Shown: one piece after another, positions 27,810 through 37,120 of the stretch
How positions within the stretch are numbered: the stretch's first letter is position 1
Layout of the letters: every line of letters begins with the position of its first letter
Notes under the pieces: generated by a model
The model's input: only the letters and a program-made list of their open reading frames with translations
Told to the model about the DNA's origin: nothing
Database searches by the model: none
Position numbers and translations under genes: made by a program
DNA from: Wickerhamiella versatilis
Lineage: Eukaryota
Direction: 5' to 3'
Assembly: GCA_030867685.1 (NCBI GenBank)
Contig: JAQOWU010000007.1
Coordinates: 124,001 to 188,000 of the forward strand
Length of the DNA: 64,000 bases

Positions 27810-29504
27810 ATGTGTATCTCTTGCCAGAAACTGGTGACCAACGCATGGCGCCGGAGCTGGAATGGGGAGGAGGGTAAACTGTGTTTTAACTGTAGCAAGC
27901 GATACGAAGGCCATAAAGTTTACTGTAAGAATTGCAACTTCGTACCTTATGCTGCCGATGTTATGAAAGGTTTGGCTTGTACAAAGTGTACACCGAAGAC
28001 CACGTGCGTTTCCTGCGAGGTCACAGAATCGCCACAGTGGCTCCCCAGCTGGGATCCTGACCAGAAGCTATGCCAAGCTTGTGGCACACGATATCAAAAA
28101 CATAAGAAATACTGTAGCGAGTGCCGGTTTGTCCCATACTACAGACAGACGCAATGCAAATGTGCGAATCCAGCAGCATGCATTTCCTGCATGAGGTCTT
28201 GTTCAGCAGACTGGGAAAGCTGGAGCAGCACTGAGGGAAAGCTATGCGGCATATGTGCTGCACGGTTTGGTCTCCACAAATCGCACTGCACGGGATGTGG
28301 TTTCATCCCGCCAACAGGTAAAAAAGTAATTACCAAAAAAGAATATAGGAAGCAAAACGGGGAGATCGTATCGTGTCCTTCCTGCTTCTCCACTACTTCC
28401 CCTTGTGTTTCCTGCAACACAATCCGGTCCATCAGCTGGCACAAGAGCTCGATAGGTAGGGGTAGAGTGTGTAATTGGTGTCACCTACGGCACGAGGAAC
28501 ATGGGAGCTTCTGTCAAGATTGTGGGTACATCCCACTAGCCGAAGAAGTAACTAATGATTGTCCACAATATGAGTGCACTGGAGCTATACAGAAGAGCCC
28601 ACCCAGCCAGCCCACAAAAAGATGCATGTCCTGCCACCAAGTACCCTTGGGATGGGTGGCTAGTTGGGATAACGCGTTAGGTCAATTGTGTGCACAGTGC
28701 GGCGATCGTTATAAGCACGTTAAAATGTATTGCGATGTGCCATATTGCCACCTCGTTCCGTTTCAGCACCAGATTGAAAAGGCAGGAAAAAAGGGGTTAT
28801 TTACTTGTCTCCAATGCGGACACGGAATGCGAAAAAATGATGCTCCGACCCCAGAAAGAAGAGATGATGATAAAGGTGTGGCCCAGGACCCGCCAAGCAT
28901 TGAAAATGCAACCCTCACCCTCTCGGATGGTGAACTTCAACCAGGCCCTAGACGCTCAAGAGGTAGAAAAGCTGGACCTTCGGGACCCTGTATCGCATGT
29001 GGCACTACAGAGACCGTTAAATGGCGCCCAAGCTGGGATAGTGAACAAGGCGCGCTTTGCAATGCCTGCGGCAAACGTCACATGAGAAATTCTGCGCACT
29101 GCACATTATGTGGCTTCATACCGAACAAGAAAGAGTGGGAAAAAATGCAAATTATGGTCAAAGAAGGAGAGCAAGGGGACCAACTCTTTCTGTGCCCTAC
29201 CTGTAGTCGTCAAACCGGTGGCGATCAATATAGCGTTGTTTGGACACCGCCTCCTGATAAAGGTATCCCGCGCATCTGCTTTTCATGTGGAGAAAACAAC
29301 ACCCTCACATGGCACCAAAGCTGGGAACCGGGTCAGATGCTATGCAATTCCTGTGGCATTCGTTGGAAGAACATGGGCATGCACTGCGACTGTGGTTACG
29401 TTCCATTTAAGTCGCAGTTGAGTAAAGTTTCATCTAAGGATGGTAGTCAAAACATCCAATGTAAAAAATGCGAAAAAATGATGACCGTCCATGTGCCGAA
29501 TTAG
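27810..29504 (+). CDS. Multi-zinc-finger protein with seven tandem Ash1-like GATA modules
   Basis: Seven repeats of CxSC-x7-W-xx-SW-x4-6-LCxxCxxR followed by CxxC-xxP...CxxC. The frame is open back to 27636 and encodes a further partial module, so the 5' end is uncertain. Confidence 0.8.
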   Translation: MCISCQKLVTNAWRRSWNGEEGKLCFNCSKRYEGHKVYCKNCNFVPYAADVMKGLACTKCTPKTTCVSCEVTESPQWLPSWDPDQKLCQACGTRYQKHKKYCSECRFVPYYRQTQCKCANPAACISCMRSCSADWESWSSTEGKLCGICAARFGLHKSHCTGCGFIPPTGKKVITKKEYRKQNGEIVSCPSCFSTTSPCVSCNTIRSISWHKSSIGRGRVCNWCHLRHEEHGSFCQDCGYIPLAEEVTNDCPQYECTGAIQKSPPSQPTKRCMSCHQVPLGWVASWDNALGQLCAQCGDRYKHVKMYCDVPYCHLVPFQHQIEKAGKKGLFTCLQCGHGMRKNDAPTPERRDDDKGVAQDPPSIENATLTLSDGELQPGPRRSRGRKAGPSGPCIACGTTETVKWRPSWDSEQGALCNACGKRHMRNSAHCTLCGFIPNKKEWEKMQIMVKEGEQGDQLFLCPTCSRQTGGDQYSVVWTPPPDKGIPRICFSCGENNTLTWHQSWEPGQMLCNSCGIRWKNMGMHCDCGYVPFKSQLSKVSSKDGSQNIQCKKCEKMMTVHVPN

Positions 29505-29636
29505 AAGCCCAACCCAGCTACTCATATGAAGAGGCTTTAAGCATGTCTATATCATCCATGAGTTATATAATCATATCTATGTATCTGACAAATTTAAATA
29601 AGTACCTAGGGCAATATCAAAGCCTTGCCTGATGAT

Positions 29637-31199
29637 CTAGTACGCATATCGGAAATTTTTATTCTCGCCATCCGTTAAGTCCTCCATAGACGACTGCATC
29701 GCATGCGTTTCCGGCGCGCCGTACTTCACGTCGCGTCGTCGATTGACTATTACGTAATAACAAAGCAGGGCAATTTGAAACACAAACGATATCACACTCA
29801 ACGCAGCAATTGCTTCCTTTGCAGACGGCCATCCTGCTTCTTTCTCGGAGTCTGTAAAGAGCTGAGGGCCTGAGAGATTGGAAGCGGAATAAAGACAGAG
29901 TACAGCCGAGCTGACGGTGATCTTTTTAGTGTGCCCTGTGATATTGGAGGTGACCATTGAGAGCATACCTCCATAGGACAACTGGGCGACCCAATTCCAC
30001 ATCCAAAGTCCGACGAGTTGCGACGCGTCGTTGGGACCCCATGATATGAGACAGCAGCACATTACGTTCAAGGATCCACCGAAGAGCATGTATGCGAACC
30101 GGTGGTGAGAGAAAAGGCCGGCGAGAGACACTGCACCGACGCCCCAGCAGCCAAGAAGCTGGAAGGCGCCGCCCGGCATTGTCATGAGAAGCGATTTCGG
30201 CTTTGACGAGACTACTTGGTTGATGAGGCTATTCTGGAAGGTTGTCATGGCCCCCATAATAATGCAATTGGCAATGATGTTCCCGAGGATGAGTGCGGTA
30301 TGCACAATTTCCGACGTGAAGGGTTCCAGGACCTGGTACCACTTGATCTTGGTATCGCCGAAGCCCTGCTGGTTGTCGCGGAGGCGGACGAGAAGGGCAC
30401 GCTTTTCGGGCTCGGTGAGGAACCAGGCTTCATCCGGGGTATTAGGTACGATGAAGAAGTAGAGAATGCCGGTGAGAACTGTCAGCAGGCCGAAGATGAT
30501 GTGGGCGATTCTCCAGCTGGCTATTGGGTAGTTGTGCGTGATGAGGCCGTAACCGACGGCGTTCACTAAAAAGATTGTGATGCCATTGGCGCCGGTCCAG
30601 ACCATTCCACCAGCTCCAAAATGCTGATGCTTCGGGAAGAACTGCGATACAGTGACCTGGAAGGACGAGATCATGATGGACTCACCGGCACCAAGGAGCA
30701 CGCGGCACACGACGTAGCCGGCATAGCTCTGGCTGGCAGATGAGCATGCAATCACGATGCCCCATAGGAGTACCACGATACCCGTGTAGCGCGTACCACA
30801 CTTCTTAACCACCAGGAATGAGAGGGGAACCTCGGCGACAAGGTAACCGAGGTAGTATGCGCTACTGGTCCACGAGAACATCTCGTTTTTGGTCATGTCG
30901 AGACCCCCGAGCCATCCCTCGGACTTGTCCTTGATGCCAAGGATTGCAGAAGTGGACAGGAGATACTTATCGGTGAACATTATCATGTATGTCCAGCCGA
31001 GTACCGCATTCAGCCCCCATGTCTTGGCTATCAATGACTTCATATCCTTCTTCGACGTACCAAGGTCCTCAAGGGCTTCTGGGGCGACCTCAGCATGGTC
31101 GAAGCTGGATTTGCTGTCGCCGGCGTACTCCACATACTCGACCTCTGGCTTGGGTTTCTCATCGTTGTTGATCTGAACTTCTCGTGAGCGGAACCACAT
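29637..31199 (-). CDS. MFS allantoate permease (DAL5) family transporter
   Basis: FSWTSSAYYLGYL, RVLLGAGES, SWRIAHIIFG, PDEAWFLT, NITGHTKK and DLTDGENKNFRYAY motifs. ATG at 31199; the track start is GTG. Confidence 0.9.
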   Translation of the reverse strand: MWFRSREVQINNDEKPKPEVEYVEYAGDSKSSFDHAEVAPEALEDLGTSKKDMKSLIAKTWGLNAVLGWTYMIMFTDKYLLSTSAILGIKDKSEGWLGGLDMTKNEMFSWTSSAYYLGYLVAEVPLSFLVVKKCGTRYTGIVVLLWGIVIACSSASQSYAGYVVCRVLLGAGESIMISSFQVTVSQFFPKHQHFGAGGMVWTGANGITIFLVNAVGYGLITHNYPIASWRIAHIIFGLLTVLTGILYFFIVPNTPDEAWFLTEPEKRALLVRLRDNQQGFGDTKIKWYQVLEPFTSEIVHTALILGNIIANCIIMGAMTTFQNSLINQVVSSKPKSLLMTMPGGAFQLLGCWGVGAVSLAGLFSHHRFAYMLFGGSLNVMCCCLISWGPNDASQLVGLWMWNWVAQLSYGGMLSMVTSNITGHTKKITVSSAVLCLYSASNLSGPQLFTDSEKEAGWPSAKEAIAALSVISFVFQIALLCYYVIVNRRRDVKYGAPETHAMQSSMEDLTDGENKNFRYAY

Positions 31200-32951
31200 C
31201 TTTAGGTTCGAATTCTGCGGTGAACGAGACCACTCTGCGCACGTCCGATATAAAAAATAGACAGACTTCTCGTACCCTAACTTTTTCTCCGCACTCACCC
31301 TCAGCGCGAATGATGTAATGCCTCATCTGGTGAGTTATCAGACCATGCTGATCTAGCGCACACTGCCGTGATCTGCGTTACAGGGCGAAAATCACTTGAC
31401 CAGATCAGGCAGGCAGTGAATTTCTGCGGAATTCTTGGCGTTTTTTTGGGGTAATTCTTTTTCTAACCCGGAAACGTATTCGCTGCAAGGTCGCAATTTA
31501 GTCATAACTGCATACCAGGGTGCGGGTTGTCCTTGCACTTGTTGTGTGGAGGGGAGACACTGTGTGAGAATTTTGAGATCAGCAAGTGGGCTGTCTTGTA
31601 TGGGGAGGGATGGTTCTATACGAATGACGCGAAAGAGCTCGAAAATGCAGCCAAGGTAACTCAGATAATCATGTCACAAATATGATTCATTGGATGGTGG
31701 GCTATCAAGTCAAACAGCAATCGAGATGCCATTCAAATACGAAAAGTTTCCAAGTTTATGCAGCGCTTGGCTGCCGAAGTGTATAGAAATAATTGCTGTC
31801 CTAGAAGTGCTAAAGTTGCATTTTGTATTCTTCAATCGGTTATTTACGGGAACATTGCTTTATTTTGCTATTGATACTAACCGTGCTGGCCTTTCAAAAA
31901 CCTGGACTAACTAGGTCGCCGTGGCCATCTCGCATTGTCTCACAAAATCTGGTTCATGCTGCAGAAATCGTGACAGGGGTGGCAGCATGTGATAAACCAT
32001 GGGCTCGCGTCCCTGCTAGATATTGTTAGTTTAACTACAATTTCTGATGCCGGAGCAGGCTTGGAAGCTCATGCCCATGTTACAGATATATATTCCGTAG
32101 GTTACTTTACGTTCCAACACCCCTATGCGGGCCTCCTACCTAATTTGTCTACCTGCAGCTCAGCGCTGTCCTCGAGATTTCTACTAGTGATCCTACCACG
32201 CGTTAAACTCTTAAGGCCATTGTCTAACCAGCCCAACCAGTCTTAGAAATAGCGTCGTTTAAACCTGGCAACCTGTCGCTGCGCCTCGCTCAACCATTAG
32301 TCAATTATTGATATGTACTTCCATCACGTACACCATTTGATTATAAAGTGTTATGCGGAATGCAGTCAATTTACATTTCGATAATCAAGTGTTCAACTAG
32401 CCGAATTGCTAAACGTTGAAGTTATCCTGCTTCGTTTGACAAGGGAGTGAACTCGTTAGTTTATTTCTTCTACCAAAAAGGGAAGTCTCCTAATGCAATT
32501 AGTCATAACTTTTTGACGGTGCACCGAACGTCTGTCTGCTCGTTGGCGACGCGAATGCATCCTCTCGTCGCTAAATGTTAGCTAGCAGATAGTCATGCTT
32601 TTATTCCTCGGGCCATTATCTGCTTTCTGGACGCTGGAAGATGAAAGCGGTGTTTCTGCCGGATCTCGTGTACGTCACTTCATAACCCTAGTTCAACAAG
32701 GGTGGGGAACATACCGACCGGAACTTCTAGTTCAAGGTATTTCGAGCTCAAGTTCGTAGACTACGTACTTTGGCAAACTATAATGAGAACTTGTCCTGAC
32801 GCTAGTCTTCCACCCGTCTCATAGTGATAATCCTTTGGTGTGTAAAGGACCGTTGTAAACACGACACACACACGACCATTAGTCAATGATCGTCGCGCTA
32901 GCAGATGATATTTAAATAGAGAAATAAGGCTACTAAATTCATCTGCATATA

Positions 32952-33590
32952 ATGCTGACCGGAAAAATAGTTCCTGCTGTCCTCGCCTTCGCGGCTTGTG
33001 CTTCTTTCCCTGTGGACTACAATAAACGCGGTTTAGCTGATTGCCTCAATCCACAACATGCCATCCAACTGGCCCAGACTCTCAAAGGCGACGTGCCACA
33101 GATAGCAGGCAATGTCACTGATCTTTCCTCTAAGCTGGGTTCGTTGACGACGAAGCTCGAAGGTGTCACCTCGGGTGATGTTTCTCAGCTCCTCTCTCCA
33201 TCTGTGCTGAATTCTGTGGAAGGAGTTGCCAAGGATATTACGGGTTTGGGGGAGATCGTGGTTGATCTCAATGACAATATTGAGTGGTCCTGCATTGGAG
33301 GAGATTTGTTGCAGAACATTGTGGATCAATTCGATTCTGTTGCCAAAGAACTCAACAGTTATGCCGAGAACGTCGAAAGCATTGTCAATGATTTGTCCGA
33401 CTCTAATCCAGTACAGGGTGCATTCGATCTTCTCAAGGATCTTTATCAACCCAACCAGGCGCTTCTCGGTATCCTCAAGAAAGCCCAAGGTGCGGTTCCA
33501 GGCATTGGCGGCGTCCTTGCTAATGTTACGGGTAGGGTTGAGGATTGCAGTACGAAGATTCACGATCTATTGGAAAAAATACCTCTCTAA
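32952..33590 (+). CDS. Small secreted helical protein, family B, copy 1
   Basis: Signal peptide, propeptide ending in KR (Kex2-type site), amphipathic helices and 3 Cys in the mature part. Confidence 0.85.
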   Translation: MLTGKIVPAVLAFAACASFPVDYNKRGLADCLNPQHAIQLAQTLKGDVPQIAGNVTDLSSKLGSLTTKLEGVTSGDVSQLLSPSVLNSVEGVAKDITGLGEIVVDLNDNIEWSCIGGDLLQNIVDQFDSVAKELNSYAENVESIVNDLSDSNPVQGAFDLLKDLYQPNQALLGILKKAQGAVPGIGGVLANVTGRVEDCSTKIHDLLEKIPL

Positions 33591-35071
33591 GCCTAGGAAT
33601 GGCGACGAATGTTCTCGCATCCAACGAGGCCTTTAAAAATGAAATAGGCTTCCCTTGATAGTAATGCTCTTGGTAATATTAAATAGTATGAGAACGGATA
33701 GTGAGTTAAGACGCAAGTAATGAGAAGTCATACATTGGTTTTGAAACCAAAGATCATTCCCGGTTATAAGCTCAAAGATGCATCTTAAGCATCGCCGATG
33801 TCCTTTGATTTGTAATTTCCCTGGCATCCCGATCCTCCCCGCAATTCGGCGAGTCCCCGAGCATTATCCTTGCCCTATCTGAGAATTAGGATTGTCTGAG
33901 TTCCATCGATTCAAAACACGCCACGAAAGATCGCTACACTCCATCTCGATGTCAAAAATATAATTAATCGGATGGTGGTAAAGTTTGGAAACACTTTTTC
34001 AAGTCAAAGAAAAATCGAGATACTATTCAAATGCAAGCAAATTCCAAGGCCATCTGGCATTGTAACAAGACAGCACGTGTTAATTCATTTGCTGGCGTCC
34101 CTAATATTATATTGTTAGTTGAACTACAATCTCTGATGCTGGAGCAGGCATAGAAGTTCATGCTCATGCTACCGTAGGTTCTATGCTACAACACCCCGAT
34201 CCGGGCCATTCGTTTACCTGCAGCTCAGCCCTGACCTCGCCATCCCTACTAGTCTTAACATGCCCCAAGATCTTAACTTCATTAATCGTAATTTCATTGT
34301 ATAACCAGCCCAACCAGTCTCACAAATGTCACCGATTAAAACTAGCAACCTGTCGCTATACCCTGGTCCATCATTACTCAGCACGTATTCCCGATAATTA
34401 ATGTGTACGTCCATGACGTACACGTGGATCATAAAAGTGTCATGCAGTAAATTCACGTTTTGAGAATCGAGTGTTCAACTAGCCGAATAAGGAGGATTGC
34501 TATACGTCGGAGTGATCCTCCCTCGTTTGCCCGATCTCACATGATGGTGTGAACTCATTAGTCTATTTCTTGTACCGGGAAGGAAGATCACCTTATGCAA
34601 TTAATCATAATATCTTGTGCATCGGACTACTGTCTACTCGATGGCGACGCGAATGTGCCCTCTCGTCGCTAATTGTTGGTTGGCAGAAATTCACGCTTCT
34701 CTTCCTCGGGCCCTTATCTGCTTTTTTGACCTTTGCAGATAAAAGCGGTATTTCTGCCGGATGTAGCGTAGCGTACATCACTTCATAACCCTAACATTAT
34801 GCTGATTAACAAGGGTAGGGAATTAGCGTAGAACATATCGGAAATTCTAGTTTAAAGCATTCCAAGCTCGAGTTAGTAGACTACGTACGTAGGCAAATTA
34901 TAGTGAGAATATTCCCGGACGCTTCTCCTGTCTAATGCCTCTACAAATCTCGTAGCGCAAGTCCTTTAGTATATAAAGGGCCATTATAAACACGACCATT
35001 AGTCACTGATCGTCGCGCTGGTAAAAGCTATTTAAAGAGAGAAATAAGGCTACTAACTTCATCGCTCTATA

Positions 35072-35719
35072 ATGCTCACTGGAAAAGTAGTTCCTGCTGT
35101 CCTCGCCCTCGCGGCTTATGCTCAATGTGCCTCTCTCCCTGTTGACTACAATAAACGTGGTTTGGCTGATTGCCTCAATCCAGGACATGCCATTCAACTG
35201 GCCAAGACTCTCGCAAGTGACGTGCCAAAGATAACTGGTGATGTCACTGATCTTACCTCTAAGCTGGGTTCTTTGACGGCGCAGCTCGGTGCTGCCACCT
35301 CGGGTGATGTGGCTCAGCTCCTCTCTCCAACTGTGTTGAATTCTGTGAATGGAGTTACCCAGGATATCACGAAATTGGGAGACGTCGTGATTGATCTTAA
35401 TGACAATATTGAATGGTCCTGCATTGGAGGAGATTTGTTGCAGAACATTGTGGATCAATTCGATTCTGTTGCCAAGGAACTCGATAGTTATGTCGAGAAC
35501 GTCGATAGCATTGTTAATGATTTGACCAATCTCAACCCAGTACAGGGTGCATTCGATCTTCTCAAGGATCTTTATCAACCCAACCAGGCGCTCCTTGGTA
35601 TCCTTAAGAAGGCCGAGGGTGTGATTCCCGGTATTGGCGGCACCCTTGCTAATGTTACGACTAGGGTTGAGGATTGCAGTACGAAGATTCACGATCTGTT
35701 GGAAAAAATACCTTTCTAA
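35072..35719 (+). CDS. Small secreted helical protein, family B, copy 2
   Basis: Close paralog of 32952-33590 with 3 extra codons in the signal region; both ORFs are intact. Confidence 0.85.
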   Translation: MLTGKVVPAVLALAAYAQCASLPVDYNKRGLADCLNPGHAIQLAKTLASDVPKITGDVTDLTSKLGSLTAQLGAATSGDVAQLLSPTVLNSVNGVTQDITKLGDVVIDLNDNIEWSCIGGDLLQNIVDQFDSVAKELDSYVENVDSIVNDLTNLNPVQGAFDLLKDLYQPNQALLGILKKAEGVIPGIGGTLANVTTRVEDCSTKIHDLLEKIPF

Positions 35720-37120
35720 GTCTAGTACTGGCTACGAATTTTCTCGCATGAAGCGAGGCTTTTAGAAAAAATAGTCTCTCCTTAATAGTAATGCTCTCGA
35801 TATAATTAAATGGTATGGAAATGGATAGCGAGTTAAGACGCGAAGGTACTAGAAACATGCGTTGGTTTTGAAATTGTTGCTGGAGCAAAAGATCATTTTC
35901 GGTTACAAGCTCAAAGATGCGTTTCAAGCATTCCGAGGTCCTTTGATTTCTAATTTGGTTGTAAATAGGATGCCCTCAAATTAGCGAATTTCCCGCCCTT
36001 ACCGTATATAATCCGAGGATTACTAGGTACAGGGTAGCGATACTCCGTGGCGTATTTTAGATTTTGTAGAGCCTGTTTAAGCACTATGGGGCGTAGTAAG
36101 TCACAGCAAGGTGCGCTTAGAATGTCTCGGTGCATTCAACTGAGTCATTTGTGAAAATACCGCTTTACTACATGATCCTGGTATTATTGTACCCGTCAAG
36201 TTGGAAGCGTGCTATCTCTAGGGCTAGCTAGTAGTTTCCTACATCCCATGCGGGGTTGTGCAAACTGTTTATTAGTGGATAATAATCTATACCCAGTCTA
36301 CTCCCGGGTTGAGTATGTTTAAGATTTGTTAGTATACCTAAGACGAAAATACCGACTTGAAACCTCTCTTCACTGCAAATGTACATGGAATTCTACTAGG
36401 TGGAAATTCCCCGGGATACCTTGGTGACCAAGGTTCAGCATATCATCGACTCCGTCACTTAGTAAATGCATGGATAAGTATTATCCTGCGCAATTACGAC
36501 GGCGACTATATGAATAGTTAATGCAAAGAAGAAATAATTAAACGGATTAGTTGAAGCAGTACTGGGAAGTCACCAAAAAAATTAGTGCTTGCAAATCGGC
36601 AGAATGTTTTTCAGAGGCAGATATCTGCACACAATGTATCGAGGATAGCCCTCCATCGAGGTGTATCCGCTAATCTAGACCAGCTAGTCTCAGGTAGCGA
36701 GATGGGTACGCTAAGCATCAATACCAATATCGGCATGTCTTTTAGAAATAGCGTCACAGGTATAAAAAGGAGAATTTAGAGCGTTTCACGCTATGACACC
36801 CGCTTCACGTGACAGCCAGACCTCAAAAAAGAAATTATATACCAAATTCTATCGGCTAGCATTTGACTAAAATAGTACTACAGACCTCACACTCACTAGG
36901 GAGTACACCACAGAATTATTGACTAGCAGGCAGCCGGCTTACAGGAGAATCCCTCTCGCATCCTAGCACCTTATCCCAGCATATCCGAAGTATCCATGCT
37001 ATTAGCATTTCACCCCAAAAGTACTTGAGAATTATGCAGTCGAGAGATTGACAAGATAGATTAGATTCAATCAGCTGCGCCGCGTTTATGTAATAAAGCT
37101 CAAAAAAGATTTCCCTAGTG

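Larger units (their letters stand above)
31685..35956. repeat. Tandem segmental duplication (about 31685-33818 and about 33965-35956) covering promoter, CDS and 3' flank
   Basis: Matching noncoding blocks, e.g. attgttagtt.aactacaat.tctgatgc.ggagcaggc at about 32022 and 34111, and ctcaaagatgc...cctttgattt at about 33771 and 35910. A block at about 31755-31920 is absent from copy 2. Confidence 0.88.

Noticed and set aside
33033-35692. Minus-strand 176-aa and 229-aa ORFs duplicated with family B
   Set aside because: They are antisense to genes with a clear signal peptide and KR site; their similarity follows from the duplication.
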